Source: Octopus vulgaris
Lineage: Eukaryota
Length of the DNA stretch: 64,000 bases
NCBI GenBank assembly: GCA_951406725.2
Contig: OX597826.1
Coordinates: 63,674,001-63,738,000 of the forward strand
Reading direction: 5' to 3'
In this document: piece by piece, positions 1 to 11,957 of the stretch
Layout of the letters: each line of letters opens with the position of its first letter
Numbering within the stretch: the stretch's first letter is position 1
Program-made: the position numbers and the translations under genes
The notes under the pieces: generated by a model
What the model saw: only the letters and a program-made list of their open reading frames with translations
The model's database searches: none
What the model was told of the DNA's origin: nothing

Positions 1-105
1 ACTGTTCACATAAGCATCATGGTTAAAGTGTGGTGGAAAGGGGACTCTGCAAAATTGGTAGGGATTCTTTCTTGGTAAGGGACCAAAATAACTGGTTGCA
101 ATGTA

Positions 106-558
106 ACGCCAACCACTCCGAGAGTGTAGTGGGTGCTTTTACGTGCCACCGGCACGAGGGCCAGTCAGGTGGTACTGGCAGAATCGTTAGCACATCAGGC
201 GAAATGCTTACTGGTATTTCGTCTACCGCTACGTTCTGAGTTCAAATTCCGCTGAGGTCGACTTTGCCTTTCATCCTTTCGGGATTTATAAATTGAGTAC
301 CAGTTATGCACTGGGGTCAATGTAATCGACTTAATACCTACGTCTGTCCTTGTTTGTCCCCTCTATGTTTAGCCCCTTGTGGGTAATAAAGAAATAGGTA
401 CTGGCTACAGCCACGCTCAAATGGTGCTTTTCATGTGCCACCTGCACAGGAGCCAGTCCAGCAGCACTGGTAACGACCTCGCTCAAATGTTTTTTCATGT
501 GCCACCAGTACAAGTGCCAGTAAGGCGACGCAGCTAACGATCATGCTCAAATGGTGCT
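106..558 (-). mobile_element. SINE-C (RTE-tailed SINE) partial copy, interrupted by a SINE-B insertion
   Basis: Contains AACGCCAACCACTCCGAGAGTGTAGTGGGTGCTTTTACGTGCCACCGGCACG and internal repeats shared with the copies at 36000-36540 and 38643-38997. Confidence 0.8.
180..396 (+). mobile_element. SINE-B (tRNA-derived, MetaSINE-like core)
   Basis: B-box GAGTTCAAATTCC, core GACTTTGCCTTTCATCCTTTCGGG..TAAATTGAGTACCAG, 3' end AAAGAAATA. TSD GGTACTGGC at 171-179 and 397-405. Confidence 0.85.
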
Positions 559-572
559 TAAGCATTACATTT

Positions 573-910
573 ACTCGCCTCCTTATGAGAGCTCAAAATC
601 TCTCGTGGAAGCGACATCCAACCAAAATGCAAATATATGGGAAACTACCACCTGTGTCATCTCTTGTGAAAGGTAAGAGAGTCCAGTTTGCTGGACATTG
701 TTGTAGAGCTGAAAAAGAGGTAATTTCTACTCTCCTCCTCTGGAAGCCATCTACTCGCAATGCCAGAGGGCACACACTCTCCTACCCTGATGTAATCTCC
801 AGGGATACAGGCATCCAGCAACAGGACCTCCGTAATGCCATGATGGACCGTGAAGTCTGGCGTAGCATGGTAAATTCCATTGACTCGACCACGGTCGAAC
901 AATGATGATG
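573..910 (+). mobile_element. 5'-truncated RTE-clade LINE (ORF2 C-terminus plus (TGA)n tail)
   Basis: ORF 543-905 reads TRLLMRAQNLSWKRHPTK..RVQFAGHCCR..AMMDREVWR, a typical RTE C-terminus. Stop is followed by TGATGATG. TSD ATTACATTT at 564-572 and 911-919. Confidence 0.85.
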
Positions 911-1435
911 ATTACATTTGATAGAGTAATCTGAATACTAAAGGGTTAAATATTTTTCCAGTTTATTAAATTATTTAAAATCAGTTTTGGTTGTTTTAAT
1001 TTTTTTTTTTAAATAGGCAACCAGAAAGCACAGATAACTTGTAGAAGTACAAAGTGTATAAGTAAATGCTTGATAAAAAAAAAATTATTTCAATGGAAAC
1101 TTCAATTATATGAGACACTACTGCACACAAAGATTATTACTCTCTCTCTCTCTCACACACACACACATTTATATATGTTGATGTGAGGGTACTTGGAAAG
1201 TGAAGGATGTTGAGCAGGAGAAATTTACATGTACGTTTCTTGTTACAAAAAAATAGACACAGGTAAAACCAAAGAAATTCCAAATAAGTTGGAGGCAATT
1301 ATAGAAGCCTTTCGTATACGTTTTAATTCTAACAGTGCCAGAATTTCAACAGATGACATGTAAATGTAGGAAACAGAGTTGAAATAGTTTCTGCTGGGGG
1401 AGGGGGGGAGAGGCAGCAAAAAAAAAAAAAGAGTA

Positions 1436-1820
1436 ATAGCCAGGAATGGCTGTGTGGTTAAGAAGTTTGCTTTGCAGTCATATGATTTTGGGTTCAGTCC
1501 CACTGTGTGGAACCTTTGGTTAGGTTTCTTCAATAGCTCTGAGCTGACCAATGCCTTAGATGGAAACTGTGCATAAACTCATCATATATGTGCATGTCTG
1601 TGTGTGACTGTGTCCTTGTGTTTGTCCCCCACCACCACCACCACCACCACCACTTGACAACTAGTGATGGTTTGTTTACATCCAAATTTGTTTACCTCTC
1701 CATAACCTAGCTGTTCAGCAAGAGTTTGATAAAAAAAAAAAAGGACTGAGGTTCATTTGACTAAACCCTTCAAGGTGGTGCCCCAGCACCACTACAGTCA
1801 AATGATTGAAACAGAAAGTG
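1436..1820 (+). mobile_element. SINE-A (tRNA-derived SINE with internal microsatellite), degenerate
   Basis: Head TGGCTGTGTGGTTAAGAAG..GGGTTCAGTCCCACTG; tail AAGGTGGTGCCCCAGCA..CAGTCAAATGATTGAAAC. Confidence 0.75.
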
Positions 1821-2111
1821 AGATCACAAATATCTTTGATGTATAGTAAGTCAAGAAATTTTAAATAATTGAAATTATACGTTTAGTAAAGAGAACATCA
1901 TCATCACTGTTTTACGTCTACTCTCCAAGTATCACCAAGGTCAGAGTCAGCATGTATTTAGGGGCACCACTCATCCAGAAAGGTCAGAAGACCACATATT
2001 GCACATGTTTCATGTTCAGTTTAGTTTCTAAGGAGAGATATCTCTTCTAGCACCAATCACGTTACAGAGTGTATTGGGTCCTTTTTTTTTCATGCCATCC
2101 GCAATAGAGGG

Positions 2112-2395
2112 GTGACTTACTTACTTGGGGTTGAACCGGCTTCTTCTCTGGTCCTGATGGCATCACGAACCATGGCAGCCCATGCTCAACGGTCCTATGC
2201 GAGGTCACTGGAGATAGCGAGCCATTCACGGTTCCATCTGCGCAGACCAACCACCTACGGGCCTGAGAGTTCGGAGAGGTCCTCCTTTATCGTCGTTGCC
2301 CAGGTCTTCAGCTGCCCGCCCGTGCATTTGCGCCAGTTGGGAAGTGGAGGTGGGAGGAGGACATTATGAATCAACTCACCCTCTGGACGCCAGGG
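2112..2395 (-). mobile_element. RTE-clade LINE 3' relic
   Basis: Minus strand translates ..RPEGELIHNVLLPPPLPNWRKCTGGQLKTWATTIKEDL..GLRRWNREWLAISSDLA*DR*AWAAMVRDA..AGSTP, an RTE C-terminal motif with in-frame stops. Confidence 0.75.
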
Positions 2396-2849
2396 TGACA
2401 TGTTCTCAACAGGACTAAAGAAGCTCTATGATCCCGCATCACAACTAACCCGCCAACCTCTTTACAGAGTGAAAGCCGTGAGTAAAAAGGGGTATATGGA
2501 AATTGGTGGCAGGAATGATGGTGATAAGAAGGATCATAGAATATAGAAATATACAGGCAGGAAGCAATGTTTGTTTTATGCTTGCTGCAGTTTTCATAAC
2601 TTATAAAAGACAGCTTTCAGTTCTACTTTGTGGTTCAATAGTAGTAGTAGTGGTGGTGGTTTCTTTGATAGTGGTGGTGGTGGTAGTAGTAATAGTAGTA
2701 GTAGTATGATAGTAGTAGTAAAAGGTATCCAAATGTGAAAAAGCAAAAAAAAAAAAAAAACAACCATGAAAAACCACTATGTCAGCTTGAATAGATAAAT
2801 AAATAAATGAATAAATAGAAAAAAAAGAAAACTAACAACAAATAGATAC

Positions 2850-2965
2850 CGTAAAGCATATTGTCTGGCATCCAACTGTTCTCCAAGTCCAATGTTAGTC
2901 TATCAGAACATTTTCAATATCGGTTCCTGACAATACTAAGGTTTTGTATCTAAACATAGCACTAA
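2850..2965 (-). other. Candidate spliced exon (UTR or non-coding, possibly ending in MPDNMLY..)
   Basis: Long polypyrimidine tract ending TCTTCTTAG and donor ACG|GTATCT around unique sequence. Stops in all three frames except the terminal part of one. Confidence 0.25.
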
Positions 2966-3159
2966 CTAAGAAGAGAAAAGAGAGAGAGAAAAAAAAAAAG
3001 GCACTTTGGAAAAATACAGTTGTCTTGAGTTTTGACATTGATTATGCAACAACCACCACTAACATCGCAACCACAAGCCAATGAAGTAGTCTCAACATAG
3101 TCATTTGACTAGTTAGAAATAACAGTCATGTCTCTGAAATCACATCCTAGAGACATAGG

Positions 3160-3335
3160 TACAGGCATGGCTGTGTGGTAAGAAGCTTGCTTCCCAACTT
3201 GTACATGGTCCAGAGTCCAGTCCCACTGTATGGCACCTAGGGCAAGCATCTTCTACTATAGCCTCGGGCCAACCAAAGCCTTGTGAGTGTATTTGGAAGA
3301 TGGAAACTGAAAGAAGACTGTTGTATATACACACA
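3160..3335 (+). mobile_element. SINE-A 5' half
   Basis: GGCATGGCTGTGTGGTAAGAAGCTTGC..GGCAAGCATCTTCTACTATAGCCTCGGGCCAACCAAAGCCTTGTGAG..GGAAACTGAAAGAAG. Confidence 0.8.
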
Positions 3336-3337
3336 CA

Positions 3338-4272
3338 CACTGTATATACCAGTCCACAGGACATAATTTGAACTTCAAAAAAATTACCCCACAACTAGGG
3401 GTTATCTTATATACCCCATATAAAATCTGAACCTTAATTTCCTGTGGTATAGAGTAGTACCAATGTCAATGGAGAATAATGTAAAGCACTTGCATAAATC
3501 CTATTGTTCTACAGCACGGTATTTCCTACTGATACTTATATGGCTGGCTGGATGAACAAGGAATAAAGTTATGGACTGACAGTGTATGGTGTAGGCGACC
3601 TGGTGGGTTTAGAAAACAGTGGAGCTTCTTGGTATGGGATATGTTTAAATGTCACTTAACAGAGGGAACAAAAAAACACATGAGCTGGAACAACAGTGAC
3701 TTGGCACTTATTCCTGGTGGTTTAACTTCAGTTGTACGACCACTCAATGTTTGTTTGTACAAACCATTCAAGGACCATGTTCGTGAACAATGGAATGAGT
3801 GGATGATAAGTGGCTGAAAATCTTATAGAAAAGATGGAAATATGCATGCCCCAGAATTGGATGTACTGTGTAAATTTGTTATCAAGGCATGGAATGATAT
3901 TAAAGTGGAAACAGTCATCAGGTCTTTTAAAAGAGTGCAGAATATCTAATTCACTAGATGGTACCGAGGATGAGAGGGAAGCAGAAGTCGAAGCCACTTC
4001 ATCTGATTCCATGCTTGATCTTTATGATGATTCTCTGATAATATATCTCGCAATGTACTTCAGGAACTTCTGGCATCAGATGATGATGATGATGATGTGC
4101 CTTTTGAAGATGTTTAATATATGATGACTGAAATAATGATCATTTTATTAAACTATGCAAATAAAATTAAAATCTTCATTGTTTAATTTGCTTTTAAAAA
4201 ATTGTGAATTTAGTATATTAAATGGCTGTATATTTGTATGTCTCTATAATAAATGTATCCAGTATACACATG
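3338..4272 (+). mobile_element. pogo/Tigger-family DNA transposon relic with decayed DDE_1 transposase
   Basis: About 3540-3975 translates with frameshifts to VWCRRPGG..LVWDMFKCHL..LALIPGGLTSVVRPLNVCLYKPFKDHVREQWNEWM..FVIKAWNDIK..ISNSLDGTEDE, POGK/pogo-like. Ends are approximate. Confidence 0.8.
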
Positions 4273-4446
4273 ATCTTTAGCACTCAAGTATTAACATTAT
4301 ATATGTACCTAATGGTGCAATACCTAGACTACCACATTCATCCCACCAATAACATTAATAATACAACTGCTAACACTTATCCCCAAGACATTCAGGGGAA
4401 GCCACAAGATGTCCTCTACTGACATCGTGCTATCAGCAGAAACTTA

Positions 4447-4674
4447 TACTCTTTACTCTTTTGCTTGTTGCAGTCATCTGACTGTGGCCATGCTGGAGAA
4501 CCACCTTTAGTCGAGCAAATCAACCCCAGGACTTATTCTTTGAAAGCCTAGTACTTATTCTATCGGTGTCTTTTGCCGAACTGATAAGTTATGGGGACGT
4601 AAACACACCAGCATTGGTTGTCAAGTGATGTTGGGGAGACAAACACAGACACACAAACACATACACACATACAT

Positions 4675-4707
<33 letters not shown>

Positions 4708-4865
4708 CGACAGGCTTCTTTCAGTTTCCGTCAACCAAATCCACTCACAAAGCTTTGGTCAACCCAAGGCTATAGTAGAAGACACTTGGCCAAGGTGCCA
4801 TGCAGTGGGACTGAACCCGGAACTATGTGGTTCGTAAGCAAAGTACTTACCACACAGCCATTCCT
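4447..4865 (-). mobile_element. SINE-A full-length
   Basis: Reverse complement of head and tail present; internal (CA)/(TA) microsatellite. Confidence 0.88.
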
Positions 4866-5209
4866 ACAATAATAAAAAATTTCCCAGTCAAGAAGATGAC
4901 TATATCATCAAACAATAAAATACACAAACATTTGTCATGAAGGTACTGACAAGATATCAATAAGTTGTAAAAAGTTAGTAAGTAATCAGCAAAAATTACT
5001 GAAAGAAGAGAACTGCCAAGATATACTGTGTCAACAAGATATATGGTGTCACAACACAACACTGAGAGAGCATCTATGTGGTCACTCAAATTCTTAGAAA
5101 TAGCAGCTAAATTCCTTTCTAATAATGCTGACATAGCCGTTAATGGCTGAACAACCATCAACACACTGCTACTAGTAATATACACACCAACAACAGCACA
5201 AATAAATCG

Positions 5210-5432
5210 CCCACCAGTGGCACCACCAGTAAATCACCCTCACTAAATCAATCAACACCTCAATCAACACCATAGCTACTACCGTCACCACCACCATCTC
5301 CATAACTACCAACACCAGCCCCACCCCCATAAGTACCAACATCTCCACTACCACCATAACTATTGACATCACCACCACCACTGATAATTTAACCACCAGT
5401 GATAATTCAACCACCACCATCACCACTATCAC
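5210..5432. repeat. Degenerate (ACC/ATC)n low-complexity tract
   Basis: CACCAC/CACCAT-rich; explains the Val/Met-rich ORF 5172-5432. Confidence 0.8.
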
Positions 5433-6269
5433 AAAAACAAAACAATTAATTAAAACTGGTTACACAGTGTAACTAATCTTGGTATAATTTTTGTATTTTC
5501 ACATTTTATATATATTTTTTTCCGCTTTATTTTCTTTTGTCTTCTTTCAGTAGGTACTTTATACCAAGCGAAGTGTAATAAAACATATTTCAAAGTTCAA
5601 GAAGGCAGAGGGTAGATGGAGGACCTATTTTTTCCTTACAACACCAGGAAAGATCCTCAATCATTCTTACAGACATTAATGTCATGGCACACATTTTTTT
5701 TTTTATTATCCTGAAACCTAATTGCTGTAATGTTTCATGATGGTTTGAGTATTTTATTGGCTTTAGGTTTCTGGCTAAAACATTAAGGTCAAGGGTTGGA
5801 GGATCAACATATTGCCCTGTGTCCTCAGGTAAGTGTTTAGTAGAATCAGTGATAGTTGGCTGTTATATAAAGCAGGAGTAGTTGGGGAGTGTTGGTGGAT
5901 AAGTCAAAAGATGGCTGTATTAAAATTTCTGTTTATTATTCTGTTGTGATCTAAGCCACTTATACACCATGGAAACCAAAGTAACTGACCTTATAAGAGT
6001 GACATCTTAAAACAATTTTTAAAAAAAATTTATTTTATTCCAACTGCAGAACCAATACTGAAAATGCCAAGAAATCATACAAAGATATGGGTATAGCATA
6101 GACTTGCAGGTTTCTTGCAAGAAACTTTAAAATAAGACATGGCATAAGTAAACTTAATTTGTCTGGTGAAAAAAGCTGGCAAATATTAACTGAAGTTGCT
6201 GAAAAATATAGTTTCTTTCCACTTCTCTTATATCTATCTTCTTGTAATTTGATGATATGCCATGACATA

Positions 6270-6632
6270 TCTTAACAACCATACTCTTTATTTTCCAGCA
6301 AGGATCTTCCCCACAGCAAGACACCTGTTCCTGTCCTTCTATTATATGTTAACTTCACAAAACCTGGCATAAAGCTACCTCTCTCAATACTACTTCTCTC
6401 CTCAGTTGAGGGGGTTTTGTTTTGCAAGGTACTTACTGACGTCACAGAACCAGCACTACATAAAAGGCACTCAGTATACTCTGTAAAGTGGTTGGCATCG
6501 GAAAGGGCATCCAACCATAGAAACCTTGTCAAAGCAGACACTGAAGCTTTATGCAGTCCTCTTGTTCACCAGCTTCTGTTGAACAATCCAAACCATTGCC
6601 AGCATTGGAAACAGATATGAAATGATGATGAT
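6270..6632 (+). mobile_element. SINE-C-related copy (older subfamily)
   Basis: GTAAAGTGGTTGGCATCGGAAAGGGCATCCAACCATAGAAACC and tail ATGATGATG. Confidence 0.7.
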
Positions 6633-7589
6633 AATTAGATGGCCATCTGGCTAAAAATAATAAATTTTTTTTGTATTTTTTTAAGATTGAGTTCCAATGT
6701 ACTGACATATTTGATAATTTATTATCCAGGTTTCAAGTGTACCAGATTAGCAGAATTTTGCTGTATACTGACAAGATCAAGGATCAGAACAAAGAGCTGG
6801 GAGTCTTGAAATTCACCATCTCAGATTTTCTGATTTACAAACCCCTTTTAGTTGTAGTGTAGAACAGGTCCCTTGAATGCAAAAAAGACTTGGTGTCACC
6901 TGTCTATCTTGTGTGAAACTACTTCAGTAAATAATTCAAATAATTCTTGTGAATGTTTAAAATTGTAAAATCAAATCATAACAAATATTAAGAAAAAAAA
7001 TAACAAACATGTGAATGTGTGTGCATGTTTGTGTGTAACTGTGTGGCTGTCTACATATGCATATAGCTGTTTTGGTGTATGTGTGTATGTACACATGCAT
7101 GTGCATGACTGTATGTCAGTCTGCATATGTGTGTAGCATATAAGTGACTTTGCATGTGTGTGTGTGATTACATGGCTGTCAGCATACATGGGTAGCTGAT
7201 TTAGTGTATGTGTGAGACTATTTTCGCTTATGCAACCATTTTTGCATATATGAGTTGCTTGGAGGAGGGAGGGAGGGAAATGGAGAGAGAGAGAGAGAGA
7301 GAGAGACTGTGTGTGTGTGTGTGCTTAGAGTAGGTTTGAAAAGCTTAAGTTGATGCAAATGTCACATTATTCTACTGTTACTGATTAAAATGTTTGTTTT
7401 AGATTATGACAGCTGCCTAAGTAAACTACAGTGATTGGCATGAAGAGGGTCAGGTGGGGGTCAAAAGGCTGGGTGTTTGCTCCTATCCTTTATTAAATCC
7501 TTTAGGTAACAACCTACCTAGGACCACAACTAGTTCTATGAATCAAAACTGCCTCATTTTAAAATGCTCATATTTAAACAAAAATAGTC

Positions 7590-7978
7590 TTTACTCTTTT
7601 ACGCTTTTACTTGTTTCAGTCATTTGACTGTGGCCATGCTGGAGCACCACCTTTAGTCGAGCAAATCAACCCCAGGACTTATTCTTTGTAAGCCTAGTAC
7701 TTATTCTGTTGGTCTCTTTTGCCGAACCACTAAGTTATGAGGATGTAAACACACCAGCATCAGTTGTCAAGTGATGTTGGGGGGACAAACACACACATAA
7801 TATATATATATATATATATATACATACACACGTACATATATACGACGGACTTCAGAAGGCTTTGGTCAGCCCAAGGCTATAGTAGAAGACACTTGGCCAA
7901 GGTGCCACACAGTTGGACTGAACCTAGAACCATGTGGTTGGTAAGCAAGCTACTTACCACACAGCCACTCCTGCACCT
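7590..7978 (-). mobile_element. SINE-A near full-length
   Basis: CTTTTACTTGTTTCAGTCATTTGACTGTGGCCATGCTGGAGCACC ... TTACCACACAGCCACTCCTGCACCT. Confidence 0.88.
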
Positions 7979-8454
7979 ATTTCATAATTTTATTTCAGAA
8001 TATTTTGGTTCAGTTACATTTCAAACAATATCTTTTATGAAAGAGAAAAGTTAACTATTCAACTAAATACCTCCAAATTATCTTCCTCCTATAATACCTA
8101 TTTACAAATCATTCCTACCTAGCAATATTTATGTACAGCAAGGTGAACTAAGACAGTTGAGAGAGAAGCATCTCAGCTCTGAGATAAGCAATGGCAATAA
8201 CAAAATATGAGCCACTGACTGGTTATCTATAACTGGTTGTCCACACACACTTATATTATAACTATAGCAAGTGTCAAGCTAGAGTGTAAATAAACTATCA
8301 TTAGCATAAAAGACATCCTAATAGACAAAAATCTCACACAGAAATATAAACCTTACATACAACACCTTTCCTCTCTCTAATTAGTGACAATTTACATTTT
8401 TTTTATTTAATCAACAATACATTAGTAATGAAACTCAATATTTATTTTTGGTGT

Positions 8455-8810
8455 TTGGTAACCATGTGGTTCCAGATGCAGTTCCACTACACAGTGCCTT
8501 GGGCAAGTGTCTTCTACTATAGCCCTGGGCCGACCAAAGCCTTGTGAGTAAATTTGGTAGAAGGAAAGTGTGTGTCAGTCTGTCACGTATGTATATGCAT
8601 GTGATTGTGTGTGTCTTTATGTTTGTCCCCCATCACCATTTGACAACCAGTGTTGGTTTGTTTCTATCCCTATAAGTTAGCAGTTCAACAAAAGTGATTG
8701 ATATAAAAAGAATCAGAGTTAAAAAAATAAGTACTGGAGGTTGCTTGTTTCACTAAACCTTTCATAGCTGTAGTCCAATGATTGAAACAAGTAAAAGTAG
8801 AAAAAAGACA
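8455..8810 (+). mobile_element. SINE-A degenerate
   Basis: CCTTGGGCAAGTGTCTTCTACTATAGCCCTGGGCCGACCAAAGCC; tail CAATGATTGAAACAAGTAAAAG. Confidence 0.75.
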
Positions 8811-9289
8811 GAATAGCAATTATATATATACATATATATACATCCTCTCTTAAAAACAGAAATGTTAACAAAATACTGTTTATCAATAAAATATGATACA
8901 TGACGTCATCTGCAGAGAGTTATATGAATAAGATATTCCCAGTTAACAACATATGACTATATCGTCTTTCAGTCAATAAAGCATCTTACAAATGTCTGTC
9001 ATAAAGATATTGACAAGATATCAACTGTTAGTAATTCATCTACAAAGAATACTGACAACAAGATGATCAAGACATCAATAAGATATATTATGTCGACCAA
9101 CAAGGTATTGTGGAAATGTCCTCAGTTGACAAGAACTGTACAAAAAATCTTTTGTCATCAAATTATCAATGGCCAATGAATGTAGACATGATATCTTCAA
9201 ACAATGAGACATTCTCATTCAGGAAGATATCAATATAATGCTGAGTGTAATATAATGAGGATTATCTAACATACAAAAGTACTTGTGTT

Positions 9290-9800
9290 TTCCATCTGTT
9301 CTTCTTCTCCGCCTACTATTCCTGAGAGTGTTGTGAGAGTAGTCCTGAAGCACCTCCTTCAGAAGGACCTAGCAGAACCAACCACTATTATACTTTATGG
9401 CTGTATTTGCTTGCATGAGCAACTTAGAATATGGATATTATCCAATCATCATATTCTTGGTCTACTCCTAGGTCTCCTGCTTGTTAGCCCAGCTTGAAAA
9501 ATCATCTTGTGATTCTTTCCTTTGACATTCTAACGACATGATTGCAGTACCAGATCTGTGATCAAGGATATTATCCAACCATTCTATTCTTAGTTTACTC
9601 TTAAGTCTCCTGCATATTGGCTCAGTATGAAAAATCGATTCCCACCTGTGACATTCTAACCACATTATTGCAGTACCAGAATTGCAACCTCTCAATGTGG
9701 TGAAATAGTTCAACCTGGAGAAACTCCTTGATCACACCTTCTCTCTATTCAAAAATGAATATCTGAGAGTGATGGTTGGTGTAACTCTAAAGAGTACTAA
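9290..9800 (-). mobile_element. Decayed RTE LINE 3' region with an internal ~120-bp tandem duplication
   Basis: Minus strand gives HIERLQFWYCNNVVRMSQ and QIWYCNHVVRMSKERI, matching the RTE motif RxQLRWxGHVxRM. GACATTCTAAC..ATTGCAGTACCAGA occurs twice (~9524 and ~9650). Confidence 0.6.
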
Positions 9801-9974
9801 GACACTAGGAGCTCAAAAAAAGATGAGAAACACTTGACAGTGATTTTTTGCTTGTTTCTAATACTTACTGAATGTAAACACGATACAAAACCTCAACAAA
9901 GATAGATTTGAAAATACAACCAGAAATTTCACATTCAGAACATATAATTATAGAACATATTTGAGACTGTATCT

Positions 9975-10393
9975 TTCATCTTTTACTTGTTTCAGTTATT
10001 GGACTGGGGCCATACTGGAGCACTACCTTGAAGAGTTTAACTGAACAAATCAACCCCAATACTTATTTTTAAAGTCTAGTACTTATTCTATCAGTCTTTA
10101 TTGCTAACACCACTAAGTTGTAGAGACATTGATAAACCAATACCAGTTGTCAAATAGTGGAGGTAAGGACATACACAAATGCAAAGATACACATGTGTGT
10201 GTGTGTAGGCACAGGAGTAGCTGTGTGGTAAGTAGCTTGCTTACCAACCACATGATCCTGGGTTCAGTCCCAATGAATAGCACCTTGGGCAAGTGTCTTC
10301 TATAACCTTGGACTGACCAAAGCCTTGCAAGTGGATTTGGTAGACGGAAACTGAAAGGAGCCCGTTGTATGTGTGTGTTTGTTTGTCCCCGCC

Positions 10394-10434
<41 letters not shown>

Positions 10435-10590
10435 CAAGACAGGCTTCCGCACAGTATTCATCTACTAAATTCACTTACAAGCATTGGTTATCCAAAGGCT
10501 GTAATAGAAAACACTTGCTCAAGGAGCCACACAGTAGGATTGAACCTGAAACCAGGCAGGTGCAAAGCAAGCTTCTTAACTTCACTGCTC
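9975..10590. mobile_element. Cluster of three SINE-A fragments in alternating orientation
   Basis: Minus 3' half 9975-10190, plus 5' half 10207-10395, (TA)n, minus 5' half 10435-10590. Confidence 0.75.
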
Positions 10591-11449
10591 TGTCTGTATA
10601 TAGTTATTTGATTCAAACTTCAGAATATTTCTGTTGCTGTTCACATGCCCAAAGAAATAAAAGCCGAAATCAACTGTAGTGCAATTCTTTGAACTTAGTA
10701 ATGGAAGGAAGTGAACTCAACAATTAACTGTTCAGTGCAGTGTTTTACAATATCGACCACCATACATCCTTCAATCTAAACTACCTCATTACAAATACTT
10801 AAGCTACCACCTCCTGACACAACATTAGACATAAAATATCAAGCAGATGGTAACAGCTGGAGATGTTATATGGACATCAAACCAGCAGAAACATATTGAT
10901 AAACTTTTTAAGTCATCATTATTTTCATTTTTAACTACGTCTAGAAAGAATTATATCTCTCTATTTTGGTGTAGGTGGCATAATGCTGCAACCAGATATT
11001 TCAACAGCTGTTTGGTTTGGAAAAGGCTTTTTGAAGATGGATGCAGTTTTGCTTTCTTCTCTTTTTAACAATGTAAGGTCATGCATTAATGAGAAAGGAG
11101 ATGAGTTACCAATGAGAACATGAAAAAAGAAAGGAGAGCGAGGCATGGAGAGTAGGAGATGTTTTGGTGCCAGATTTGCATCAATGATTTGACACTGACT
11201 TATTTGACACCAGACATTTTAATGCTTTTCTTTTTCTTTTCTCTGCACCCTTTCTCTCTCTCTCTTTCACTCTCTGCTTATGTGCGTAAGCACATTTCTG
11301 TTTTTGTATCTGAAGAGGAGGAAAATGTTTATGCAATTTTATTTTTGTGTTCAACTAATAAATTGCAATGTCTCACTCCTTCTGTTTATGGGTGTGAGCA
11401 TCTAGTTATGTTTGTGTGTGTGTCTGTGTGTTTGCCTCCAGTGCCAAAA

Positions 11450-11518
11450 AGCGTGACTGAAGGCAGTGCTCCAGCATGGCTGCAGTCAAATGACTGAAAC
11501 AAGTAAAAGAATAAAAGA

Positions 11519-11556
<38 letters not shown>

Positions 11557-11957
11557 ATGTATGTGTGTCTGTGTCTCTGACCCCACTATCACCGTTTGAC
11601 AATTGGTGTTGGTGTGTTTACGTCCCCATAACTTAGTGGTTCAGCAAAAGAGACCAATAGTATAAGTACTAGGCTTACAAAAAGAAATTAGGTACTGGGT
11701 TAGATTTCCTTGACTGAAACCCTTCGAGGCAGGTACTCCAGCATGGCCACTGTCAACTGACTGAAACAAGAAAAAGAATAAAAGTAAAAGGATACATGAT
11801 GGGCTTCTTTCAGTTTCCATCTATCAAATTCACTCACAAGGCTTTGGTCAGCCTAGGGCTATATTAGAAGATATTTGCCTCAGGTGCTACACCATAGGAT
11901 TGAACCCAAAACCATGTGGTTGGGAAGCAAACTTCTTACCCTGCAGCCACACCTGCA
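11450..11957. mobile_element. SINE-A fragments (+ tail, + 3' half, - 5' half) around (TG)n
   Basis: AGGCAGTGCTCCAGCATGGCTGCAGTCAAATGACTGAAAC; TTTACGTCCCCATAACTTAG; GGGCTTCTTTCAGTTTCC..CTTACCCTGCAGCCAC. Confidence 0.75.
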
